DNA of 64,000 nt from an uncultured Fidelibacterota bacterium (GTDB lineage Bacteria > Fidelibacterota > Marinisomatia > Marinisomatales > UBA1611). Below, in pieces: positions 45,159 to 54,016 of the stretch. The DNA lies in assembly GCA_913040915.1 (NCBI GenBank), contig CAJWHW010000002.1, positions 1 to 64,000 of the forward strand, read 5' to 3'. Each line of letters opens with the position of its first letter. The stretch's first letter is position 1. A program made the position numbers and the translations under genes. The notes beneath the pieces were generated by a model. The model saw only the letters and a program-made list of their open reading frames with translations. It was not told where the DNA came from and made no database searches.

Positions 45159-45916
45159 ACTAATTCTCCCACTAAATCGTCTAAAGCTTTGCCAGGATTT
45201 CCAGTTTTCATGAGTGAAGTTCCAACTAAAACCGCATCATACCCTAAATCATAAACATATTTAAGATCATCGGGAGACTTTATTCCGCTTTCTGCTACTT
45301 TTAGAGAAGATCTTGGTAAATAATTTACTATCTTTGAAAAATAGGATATATCAGTATTCATTGTTTTTAAATCTCGACAGTTAACACCCACAATTTCTGG
45401 TTTAATCTCTCCAATAATTTTTGCATTTTCATCACTGTGGAATTCTACCAATACATCTAGATTCATTTTATTCCCAATAGCTATTAATTCAGCAATTTTC
45501 CTATCATCTAAAGCTTCTGCAATAAGTAAAAAAGCATCCGCTTTGGCGAAACCTGATTGAATTATTTGACATGGATCAATAATAAAATCCTTACGAAGAA
45601 TAGGAATAGATACTTCATTCTTTATTGATTCTAAAACGTCAATATGTCCGCCGAAAAACTGTTGATCTGTTAATACTGAAATTGCTGAAGCACCTGCTGA
45701 CTCATAATCCTTAGCAATCTGAATTGGGTCAGCATTTGGCAGGATTAAGCCTTCACTGGGAGATTTCATTTTAATTTCAGCTATAATCGATAACCTTTGA
45801 TTTGTAAGAGCATCTTTCAGGCTTAATGTATGAAATGGTTCAACCCCATTAGCAAAAGGCGGCATGTGCTCTATCTCTTTCTGCTTGATATCTAAAATTT
45901 GTTCAAGGATATTCAT
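45155..45916 (-). CDS. trpC: Indole-3-glycerol phosphate synthase
   Basis: IAEIK.KSPS, ISVLTD, LRKDFI, AESGI. Confidence 0.96.
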   Translation of the reverse strand: MNILEQILDIKQKEIEHMPPFANGVEPFHTLSLKDALTNQRLSIIAEIKMKSPSEGLILPNADPIQIAKDYESAGASAISVLTDQQFFGGHIDVLESIKNEVSIPILRKDFIIDPCQIIQSGFAKADAFLLIAEALDDRKIAELIAIGNKMNLDVLVEFHSDENAKIIGEIKPEIVGVNCRDLKTMNTDISYFSKIVNYLPRSSLKVAESGIKSPDDLKYVYDLGYDAVLVGTSLMKTGNPGKALDDLVGELV

Positions 45917-46908
45917 TTTGTCATTTGTGATAACACATTTAGTGCCGCACCTGAATCAATAGACTCAGATGCTTTTAATAATCCTTCTTTTAGGGTTTTT
46001 GCCTTATTACCTACAACGATCCCAGCAGCTGCATTAATTAAAACAATATCACGTTTGGGCCCCATTTCACCATTTAAAATGTTTTTAATAATCTTCGCAT
46101 TTTCTTTTGGGTTGTAACCCATCAGATCATCTAAAGAAGCTTGATTTAAACCTAGCTTTCTAGAATCAAATTCGATTGTTGAAACATGCCCACCATTTTG
46201 CATTTGGCTGATTTTTGTGGTAGTTGTTGTAGAGATTTCATCTAAACCATCACGGCCGTGAAAAACCATTACATCTGTAGAACCTAATGCTTTTAATACG
46301 TTTGTTTGAACCTCAGTCAAATCAGGATGAAAGATGCCCATAGCTTGAGCTTTAACATTTGCAGGATTACACAGGGGACCAAGAATGTTGAAAACTGTTC
46401 GTGTGGCTAAAGCAGTTCTTGCTCCAATAGCATGTTTCATAGCTGGGTGGTATGCCGGTGCGAACATAAAACCCAATCTATAATTTTCTATATCCTCTAA
46501 AAATTTATCTACAGATTTGTCAATAATAATTCCTAATTCTTGAAGAACATCGGCCGATCCTGATTTAGATGTCATGGAACGGTTCCCATGTTTTGCAACA
46601 CGCACACCTGTCCCAGCTACAACAAATGTTGCTGCAGTGGAGATATTGAATGTACCCGATGCATCACCGCCAGTACCACACATATCAATGGCTGGTGTAC
46701 TTAGTGGAACTGTAACCATTTTTTCTCTCATGGCCTTTGCAAAGCCTGTGATTTCATCCACTGTTTCACCTTTAGCCCGAAGCGCTACTAAAAATCCAGA
46801 AATTTGTGCATCATTATATTCCCCTGACATAATGGATAGCATTACTCTAAAAGCTTCATCTTTAGAAAGATTTTGTTTATCTAATAATTGTTCTAATATT
46901 TGTTTCAT
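45913..46908 (-). CDS. trpD: Anthranilate phosphoribosyltransferase
   Basis: CGTGGD, NIST, KHGNRS..S.SGSAD, GLDE. Confidence 0.97.
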   Translation of the reverse strand: MKQILEQLLDKQNLSKDEAFRVMLSIMSGEYNDAQISGFLVALRAKGETVDEITGFAKAMREKMVTVPLSTPAIDMCGTGGDASGTFNISTAATFVVAGTGVRVAKHGNRSMTSKSGSADVLQELGIIIDKSVDKFLEDIENYRLGFMFAPAYHPAMKHAIGARTALATRTVFNILGPLCNPANVKAQAMGIFHPDLTEVQTNVLKALGSTDVMVFHGRDGLDEISTTTTTKISQMQNGGHVSTIEFDSRKLGLNQASLDDLMGYNPKENAKIIKNILNGEMGPKRDIVLINAAAGIVVGNKAKTLKEGLLKASESIDSGAALNVLSQMTK

Positions 46909-46962
46909 TGTAAGCTCAAAGACTCTAGTTATAACTGTAGTTATATTTTTGTTTTAACAAGA

Positions 46963-47532
46963 TCAACATTTTATTGTTAAGAAGTTTTTTATTATTTGTA
47001 AACCATTCTCAGTTGCTATGGATTCAGGATGAAATTGTAATCCATAGACTGGATCATTTTTGTGTTCTATGGCCATAATTAGGCCATTGTTTAATTCTGC
47101 TGTTATTATTAATTCTTTAGGGAGTAATTTTTTGTCAGCTACTAATGAATGATAGCGAGTGGCCATAAAAGATCCTGAAAATCCTTTGAATAGAGCAGAT
47201 CCATTATGTTGAATCTTTGCAGTCTTACCATGAACAATCTCCGATGAATGAACTACTGTGCCACCATAAGCAATTGTAATTGCTTGATGGCCAAGACAGA
47301 CTCCAAGTATAGGAATTTCTTTCCCATATTTTTTAATAATATTTACAGAATGACCCGCATTTTCAGGCCTCCCGGGTCCAGGAGAGATGACAATATGAGT
47401 TGGATCCCAATGAACAATATCATCCAATTCGAATTGATTATTTCGTATCACTTTCACATCTGGATTAAGAACACCGATGTATTGTACCAGATTAAATGTG
47501 AAAGAGTCGTAATTATCAATAACTAAGATCAT
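46963..47532 (-). CDS. trpG: Anthranilate synthase glutamine amidotransferase
   Basis: IDNYDSFT, SPGPG, GVCLGHQ, RYHSL, QFHPES. Confidence 0.96.
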   Translation of the reverse strand: MILVIDNYDSFTFNLVQYIGVLNPDVKVIRNNQFELDDIVHWDPTHIVISPGPGRPENAGHSVNIIKKYGKEIPILGVCLGHQAITIAYGGTVVHSSEIVHGKTAKIQHNGSALFKGFSGSFMATRYHSLVADKKLLPKELIITAELNNGLIMAIEHKNDPVYGLQFHPESIATENGLQIIKNFLTIKC

Positions 47533-49013
47533 GCTGCTAATCCATCCTCTGCGAAGTCAATTGCTGACATGATAGCCTTGGCCTTACTTACCGTTTCCTC
47601 AAATTCTTTGGTGGGGTCTGAATCATAGACAATGCCTGCACCGGACTGAAAATGGACGGATCCATTTTTCATAATCATAGTCCTTATAGCTATACAAGTA
47701 TTTACATTGCCGGTAAAATCAAAAAACCCGACAGCACCTGAATAAATATTTCGTCGTTCAGGTTCTAGATCTTTGATTATTTCCATAGCTCGAATTTTGG
47801 GAGCACCTGTAACCGTACCAGCAGGGAAACCACTCATAAGCGCATCAAATGGATCTTTATGTTCGGCAAGCTTTCCTTTTACATCAGAAACAATATGCAT
47901 AACGTGGGAATAATTTTCGATTACCATATTCTCGGGAATGGTAATTGACCCAAATTCTGAGACACGGCCCACGTCATTTCTGCCCAGATCTAAAAGCATA
48001 AGGTGTTCTGCTCTTTCCTTTTCATCATTTAATAGTTCGTGCGCTAATTTTTTATCTTCATCAACTGAGTCCCCACGTTTACGCGTGCCTGCAATAGGGC
48101 GGATTTCCACATTGCCATCTTCTACTTTTACTAAGAGTTCAGGTGATGCACCAATAATATCAAAATCATTAATCTTTAAATGGAACATATATGGTGATGG
48201 ATTAATGTTTCTCAAAGCTCGGTAAAGGGTTGTAGCCTCTACATCGGTGGCCCTTTCGAACCGCTGACTGAGAACCAGTTGAAAAATATCACCGTTGACA
48301 ATATACTCTTTAGCTTTAGCCACTGCTTTCTCAAATTTATTTTGATCAAAATTTGAAATTACTTTACTTTTTTTTACTTGTATTGGCGTCTGATAATCCA
48401 CATTAGTATGTAGTGATTCGCCAATTATATCTATCTTTGAATGTGCTTTATTAAATTGGAATTCCAAATCTGCTGAATCATCAATATTAACATTTGAGAT
48501 TACTAATGCAGACCCTTTTAAGTGATCGAAAGCAATTATGTTTTCAAATAACATAAAGACTGAATCAGGTATATTTAATGCTGAATCTGTGTGAATTGGA
48601 ATATCTTCGAACCAGGTGATAGTCTCATAGCCAAGGTAACCAACTAGTCCACCGGTAAAAGATGGAATCCCGGGAAACTTCATCATTTTATATTGAGATT
48701 GAATATCGCGAAGTAAATCTAAAAATGGTGTTTCCACTTTATTTTTGTTACCATTTTTATAGATAATTGTTTGTCCATTTTTGTGTGTCAATATTTGTTT
48801 TGGATTAATTCCTACATAAGAATATCTGGTATATTGATTCCCTTTTTCTACAGATTCTAGTATGAAAGCATATTTAGCCTTTTGAGATAAATGTATCCAT
48901 GCTGCCACGGGCGTAAGAAGATCTGCCAGGATACGTTTATATACAGGTATAGTTCGGTTCCCTTGGGAAACCAAATCTTGAAATTCTTTGTAGGTCAGTT
49001 GAGTTTTATCCAT
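47529..49013 (-). CDS. trpE: Anthranilate synthase component I
   Basis: LESVE, NPSPYM, SPE, PIAGT, EHLMLLDLGRND, PAGTVTGAPK; ATG at 49013 preferred because the track's TTG lies in the terminator U-tract. Confidence 0.96.
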   Translation of the reverse strand: MDKTQLTYKEFQDLVSQGNRTIPVYKRILADLLTPVAAWIHLSQKAKYAFILESVEKGNQYTRYSYVGINPKQILTHKNGQTIIYKNGNKNKVETPFLDLLRDIQSQYKMMKFPGIPSFTGGLVGYLGYETITWFEDIPIHTDSALNIPDSVFMLFENIIAFDHLKGSALVISNVNIDDSADLEFQFNKAHSKIDIIGESLHTNVDYQTPIQVKKSKVISNFDQNKFEKAVAKAKEYIVNGDIFQLVLSQRFERATDVEATTLYRALRNINPSPYMFHLKINDFDIIGASPELLVKVEDGNVEIRPIAGTRKRGDSVDEDKKLAHELLNDEKERAEHLMLLDLGRNDVGRVSEFGSITIPENMVIENYSHVMHIVSDVKGKLAEHKDPFDALMSGFPAGTVTGAPKIRAMEIIKDLEPERRNIYSGAVGFFDFTGNVNTCIAIRTMIMKNGSVHFQSGAGIVYDSDPTKEFEETVSKAKAIMSAIDFAEDGLAA

Positions 49014-49020
49014 TTTGCGC

Positions 49021-49050
49021 AAAAAAAAACCCCGATCATTGCCGGGGTTA
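49021..49050 (-). terminator. Attenuator intrinsic terminator upstream of trpE
   Basis: Minus strand AACCCCGG-caatga-TCGGGG followed by 9 T. Confidence 0.92.
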
Positions 49051-49083
49051 AAGTGCAGTCAATATATACAGGTATCCCTGGGA

Positions 49084-49152
49084 CTACGTAACCCCTTTAA
49101 GGCTAAAAAACCAATACCAGTTGTAATAATTTTCTATGTTTTTGTAATTCAT
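49084..49152 (-). CDS. Aromatic amino-acid leader peptide (22 aa)
   Basis: MNYKNIENYYNWYWFFSLKGVT*; YYNWYWFF cluster; its 3' end (GGGGTTA) is complementary to the terminator 5' arm (TAACCCC). Confidence 0.88.
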   Translation of the reverse strand: MNYKNIENYYNWYWFFSLKGVT

Positions 49153-49192
49153 AGCATCAAATATTAAGGAAAAGTGAGAACTGTATCCAACA

Positions 49193-49465
49193 TTATTTAT
49201 TTTTTTGAAATTTTTTTGAAATTTTATAAACAGGATCAAAAATTGAAGCAATATCTTCTTTATTTAGCTTTCCATCCAATTTATTGGCAAGATGCTCTAT
49301 AATTTCTTTTTCTCGATTTGGATCATGGATTTTAATATTATTGGATGCTTTGATTTCACCAATCTGTTTTGAAATAGAAAAACGCTTTAAAAGAAAATCT
49401 AATATTTGATTATCTAAATAATCAATTTTGTCTCGCAGTGAATCAATTTTCTCTTTTGGGTTCAT
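49193..49465 (-). CDS. Monofunctional chorismate mutase (AroQ/CM_2 type)
   Basis: LRDKID.LD..I...L.KRF......G..K and D..RE motifs. Confidence 0.9.
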   Translation of the reverse strand: MNPKEKIDSLRDKIDYLDNQILDFLLKRFSISKQIGEIKASNNIKIHDPNREKEIIEHLANKLDGKLNKEDIASIFDPVYKISKKFQKNK

Positions 49466-49522
49466 GAATTAAACTACACAAATCATAAATTGGTTAGAAA
49501 GTGAAATAATCAAAATATTTAA

Positions 49523-50665
49523 TTAAGTTTGTTCCAATGCCTGTTTGAGGTCAGCAATAATATCTTTGTGGTTTTCTATCCCCACGGAAATTCGCACTAA
49601 ACCATCTGTGAGGCCTCGGGCATCTCGTTCTTTTTTCGGGACATCCGCATGGGTCATGGTAGCAGGGTGAGTGATCATGGTTTCCACAGAACCCAAACTT
49701 TCTGCTAACTTTGCCAATTGAACAGAATTCATCACAATTTTTGCTGCGGGGATGCCGCCAATTAATTCAAAAGAAATCATACCACTATATCCGGACATTT
49801 GTTTTTTGGCAATAGCGTGGCAAGGATGAGAAGGGAGTCCAGGATATGCTACCCGGAATACTTTAGGATGAGCCTCTAAATATTCCGCTACTGCTTGGGC
49901 ATTTGAAAAATGCTTTTTCATTCGTATATCCAATGTTTTAACACCGAGAATGGTGAGCCAGCAATCAAAGGGCCCGGGAACGGCGCCAATGGTTTTTTGG
50001 ATGAATTTCAGTTTTTCAAACAAGTCTTCCCTATTGGTAATTACTACGCCCCCAATCAATTGGTTATGGCCGCTTAAATATTTGGTAGTACTGTGCATCA
50101 CCAAATCTGCACCGAATTCCATTGGTCGGAGGAAAACAGGTGTAGCAAAGGTAGAATCCACTCCAAATAAGATATTATGTTTTTTAGCAATTTCACCAAC
50201 AGCTTCAAGATCTGTGATCTTTAATAATGGGTTTGTGGGTGTTTCTATCCAAATTAATTTTGTTTTGGGTTGAATTGCATTTTCAACATTTGTAGGAATG
50301 GAAGAATCTACATACGTGAAATGTAAATCATAATTCACTAAGATCTGGTTAAAATACCGGGACACGCCACCGTAAACATCATCGGAACAAATGATATGGT
50401 CGCCTGCTTTCAACAATTTTAAAACACCATCCACAGCGGACATACCACTAGCAAAGGCAATTCCAAATTGTCCTCCATCAAGCTCGGCTAAAATTTCTTC
50501 CATAACCTGTCTTGTGGGGTTGGATGAACGGGTATAGTCAAATCCTTTATCTTGGCCAACTTCTTCCAAAACGTAAGTGGCTGTTTGGTAGACAGGCGGT
50601 AGGATAGACCCAGTAGTAGGATCAGGTTCTGTACCTGCCTGGACAACTTTTGTATCAAATTTCAT
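49523..50665 (-). CDS. Cystathionine gamma-synthase/lyase family
   Basis: DYTRSSNPTR, SGMSA, ETPTNP, HSTTKYLSGH, AESLG.VE. Confidence 0.9.
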   Translation of the reverse strand: MKFDTKVVQAGTEPDPTTGSILPPVYQTATYVLEEVGQDKGFDYTRSSNPTRQVMEEILAELDGGQFGIAFASGMSAVDGVLKLLKAGDHIICSDDVYGGVSRYFNQILVNYDLHFTYVDSSIPTNVENAIQPKTKLIWIETPTNPLLKITDLEAVGEIAKKHNILFGVDSTFATPVFLRPMEFGADLVMHSTTKYLSGHNQLIGGVVITNREDLFEKLKFIQKTIGAVPGPFDCWLTILGVKTLDIRMKKHFSNAQAVAEYLEAHPKVFRVAYPGLPSHPCHAIAKKQMSGYSGMISFELIGGIPAAKIVMNSVQLAKLAESLGSVETMITHPATMTHADVPKKERDARGLTDGLVRISVGIENHKDIIADLKQALEQT

Positions 50666-50688
50666 AAAAGATCCTGTGTTCTAATTCA

Positions 50689-51981
50689 TTATTTTGCCAG
50701 TAAATATTCCTTTAGGTCAGAAAATTTTTTGGACATTTTTATGGATTTTTTTTCTTTTTTTATAGTAATCTGCAATGAATCTGGCAGGGATGTTTTAAAT
50801 CCAGTAATGGGTTCAATCACATCTGCAAATTTCCCCGGGTGGGCTGTGGATAAAACAACTCCCGTTGATATTGAATTTGTTTTCTCTCTATATTTTTTTA
50901 ATCCCAAGACACCAACTGAAGTGTGTGGATCAATCAAATAGCCAAATTCATCTTGAATACTTTTAATAGATTCTTTTGTCTCTTCATCAGGGAAGCTCCA
51001 ACTGGCAATATCCATTTTTACTTGCCTTATATTATCGTGAAATAAGTCTATTATTCGATCCAAATTACTGGGCACACCAACATCCATTGCATTAGATATT
51101 GTTTGTACAGCATCTTGATGTTGAATTATTCCACTGCTTAAAAAGTGTGGGAAAGTATCATTTGCATTTGTGGAAGCTATAAATTTCTCAACTGGAACTC
51201 CCATACGGTTTGCGAAAAGCCCCCCGGTTAAATTCCCAAAGTTTCCACTAGGAATGCTAAATATTATTGGCTTGTATTTACTGCAGTGTTTCCAAGCCCA
51301 GGCATAATAAACCGATTGAGGCAATAGTCTAGCTATATTAATTGAATTAGCAGAACTTAATGATAAACTACTACGCAAATCGATATCTTGAAAAGAAGCT
51401 TTAACTAATCGTTGGCAATCATCAAAGGAGCCATCTATTTCTAAAGCAGTAATATTGCCACCCAAAGTTGTAATTTGTTTTTCCTGAATGGCACTTACTC
51501 GATTGGAAGGATAAAGAATAATAACATCAATGCCATCTACATTAAAAAAACCGTTTGCAACGGCACTTCCAGTATCACCAGATGTAGCTACTAATATCTT
51601 TAACCTATCACCATTATTTTCAAGAAAATAAGACATCGTTTGAGCCATAAACCGTGCAGCAAAATCCTTGAAGGCGAGTGTCGGCCCGTGAAATAACTCC
51701 AATATAGAATCGGTTTTATTTAATTCTTTAATTTGCATGGGAAAATTAAATGCCAATTCACAAATATCAGTTAATTGAGCATGTGTTAAATCACCTTCTG
51801 TGAATGGATAAATCATACCAACAGCTAATTCGGGGTAACTAAAATCAGATTTAAAAAAGTCTATCCCTAATTGAGGAATAGTTGCAGGCATATAAAGTCC
51901 ACCATCCGGCGCTAATCCATGGAACAATGCTTCCTTGAATCCGACTGAAATAGCCTTATTATTTGTACTGTAAAAGCGCAA
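50689..51981 (-). CDS. thrC: Threonine synthase
   Basis: GLAPDGGL, ELFHGPTLAFKD, ATSGDTG, SANSIN, PSGNFGN, TAHP.KF. Confidence 0.97.
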   Translation of the reverse strand: MRFYSTNNKAISVGFKEALFHGLAPDGGLYMPATIPQLGIDFFKSDFSYPELAVGMIYPFTEGDLTHAQLTDICELAFNFPMQIKELNKTDSILELFHGPTLAFKDFAARFMAQTMSYFLENNGDRLKILVATSGDTGSAVANGFFNVDGIDVIILYPSNRVSAIQEKQITTLGGNITALEIDGSFDDCQRLVKASFQDIDLRSSLSLSSANSINIARLLPQSVYYAWAWKHCSKYKPIIFSIPSGNFGNLTGGLFANRMGVPVEKFIASTNANDTFPHFLSSGIIQHQDAVQTISNAMDVGVPSNLDRIIDLFHDNIRQVKMDIASWSFPDEETKESIKSIQDEFGYLIDPHTSVGVLGLKKYREKTNSISTGVVLSTAHPGKFADVIEPITGFKTSLPDSLQITIKKEKKSIKMSKKFSDLKEYLLAK

Positions 51982-51984
51982 GTA

Positions 51985-52920
51985 TCAGTCCAAAATTTCC
52001 GGTGGTTTTGTATGAATTGGTGTACTATAAGCAGTACTTTCAAGTCCAGCGTTTTTAAATGTATTCACCATTATTAGTCCTATTTTCTCCGCAGTCTCTA
52101 TTGAATCTGATAAAGCGAAAATAGCAGGCCCAGAGCCAGAAATACCGCAGCCGATTGCCCCGGCATCTATTGCGGATTGTCGAACAGATTTGTAACCGGG
52201 TATAAGTTCTGCTCGAACAGGTTCAGCAAAAAGATCCACCATTGAACGGCTCAAAAGATCAAAATCAGATTTATGAAGGCCTAAAGTAAAACCTGCCAAG
52301 TTTCCGGCCTGCTCAACTGCAGATTTTAAAGAAACTCGTTTAGGTAGCATACGCCGTGCGTCAAGAGTATTCACGCTAAAATCAGGTAATACTGCTGTAC
52401 TGAATAAATTTTTTGGAACTGGTAAATTCAGAACATCTAAAGGTTCATAACTGCGAATCAGGATGATTCCGCCGAAAAGAGCAGGTGCAATATTATCTGC
52501 ATGTAATCCACCCGATGCAACTGCTTCTCCTGCCATACCATGAGCTAACAATTCACTATTTTTGAATGGATTATTCAATAATTCATTTAAACCCACAACA
52601 GCTGCAGCTGCACTGGCAGAACTAGAACCCAACCCGCTTCCTGGTGGAATACCTTTTTCAATATGAACCTTAAATCCTTGATTACTACCCAAAGTATCAA
52701 GAAAAGATAATATAGCTTTACCTGCAGTATTATTTTCAGGATTAACAGGGATTGATTCATATTTTATACCCGAAATTGAAATTTCTATTACCGATTTTTC
52801 ATGTTTTTTAATTGTAACAATATCTCCCGGTTTTGTAATGGCGTAACCAATACAATCAAAACCGCAAGATACGTTAGCGACTGAAGCCGTTGCTTGGACT
52901 CGAATTGAATTATTGAACAT
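51985..52920 (-). CDS. thrB: Homoserine kinase
   Basis: A.S.ANV.CGFD, KGIP.GSGLGSS, HADN, ISGSGP; start moved to MFNN at 52920. Confidence 0.96.
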   Translation of the reverse strand: MFNNSIRVQATASVANVSCGFDCIGYAITKPGDIVTIKKHEKSVIEISISGIKYESIPVNPENNTAGKAILSFLDTLGSNQGFKVHIEKGIPPGSGLGSSSASAAAAVVGLNELLNNPFKNSELLAHGMAGEAVASGGLHADNIAPALFGGIILIRSYEPLDVLNLPVPKNLFSTAVLPDFSVNTLDARRMLPKRVSLKSAVEQAGNLAGFTLGLHKSDFDLLSRSMVDLFAEPVRAELIPGYKSVRQSAIDAGAIGCGISGSGPAIFALSDSIETAEKIGLIMVNTFKNAGLESTAYSTPIHTKPPEILD

Positions 52921-54016
52921 GGATATATCCTTTTTGAACAAGTAGTTCTGCCATAAGAATGGCACCACCAGCGGCACCTCGAACTGTATTGTGCGACAAT
53001 CCAATAAATCGAATATTAAAAAACATATCCTCTGTTATTCGCCCAACTGTTACAGTCATGCCATTTCCCAAATCTCGATCTAATTTAGGTTGGGGACGAT
53101 CTATTTCATCCAAAACAATAATAGGAATTTTTGGGGCTGATGGGAAATGCATAGCTTGTGGTTCTCCTATAAATGAAGATAAAATTAATTTGAACTCATC
53201 TATAGTAGGGGCAATATCAACAAATCCAATATGTACTACAGCAGTATGTCCATCTATTACTGGTACACGTGTACATACTGCATTTATAGCTAATCCCTTG
53301 AATTGCTCAATACCGCTTTCCGTTACTTCACCAAATATTTTTAATGGTTCTTTTTCTGTCTTTTCTTCTTCTCCACCAATATAGGGTACAACATTATCTT
53401 TTAAATCTGGATTGGTTAATGCTTTATAGCCAGCACCTGACAATGCTTGAAGGGTGGTCACTTGTACGCGATCCACCGGAAACCCTGCTTGTTTTAATGC
53501 TTCTAAAACAATAATATATGATTGAATTGAACAATTAGGTTTAACTGCTACAAAACCAGAGTTTGGTAAATTTCGAATCATCTGTTGGATAGGAATCACC
53601 TCTGCATGATGAGGATTTATTTCAGGAATGATCATAGGTACATCACGGGTTTGACGATTAGCAGAACTAGTGGAAATAACAGCGTATCCTTTTTTTGCAT
53701 ACCCAAATTCAAAATCACGTGTATCCTGTTTTTTTTGTAAGTCTAACGCAGAAAATACACAGACTACATCCTCAGGTATTGATTCAAAATCATTCACATC
53801 CCGAACAATCAAGTTAGCAATTGAATCAGGAATCTGTGTATCTATAGCCCATTTCTCACTAGTTGCTTCCCTGTAAGTTTTTCCGGAAGAATGCTTGGAT
53901 GCAGCAACGTCTATAACGTCAAACCATGGGTGGTTTTCCAATAATTTTAAGAAGTTTTGACCGACCATTCCAGTAGCACCTAAAACACTTACTTTAATAT
54001 TTTTTTTTAGTAACAT
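52910..54016 (-). CDS. asd: Aspartate-semialdehyde dehydrogenase
   Basis: LGATGMVGQ, PEIN, PNCS, QALSGAG, RVPV.DGH, HNTVRGAAG. Confidence 0.96.
   Translation of the reverse strand: MLLKKNIKVSVLGATGMVGQNFLKLLENHPWFDVIDVAASKHSSGKTYREATSEKWAIDTQIPDSIANLIVRDVNDFESIPEDVVCVFSALDLQKKQDTRDFEFGYAKKGYAVISTSSANRQTRDVPMIIPEINPHHAEVIPIQQMIRNLPNSGFVAVKPNCSIQSYIIVLEALKQAGFPVDRVQVTTLQALSGAGYKALTNPDLKDNVVPYIGGEEEKTEKEPLKIFGEVTESGIEQFKGLAINAVCTRVPVIDGHTAVVHIGFVDIAPTIDEFKLILSSFIGEPQAMHFPSAPKIPIIVLDEIDRPQPKLDRDLGNGMTVTVGRITEDMFFNIRFIGLSHNTVRGAAGGAILMAELLVQKGYIHVQ

Noticed and set aside
49014..49022. TTG start for trpE given by the ORF track
   Set aside because: It overlaps the attenuator U-tract; ATG at 49013 is more plausible.
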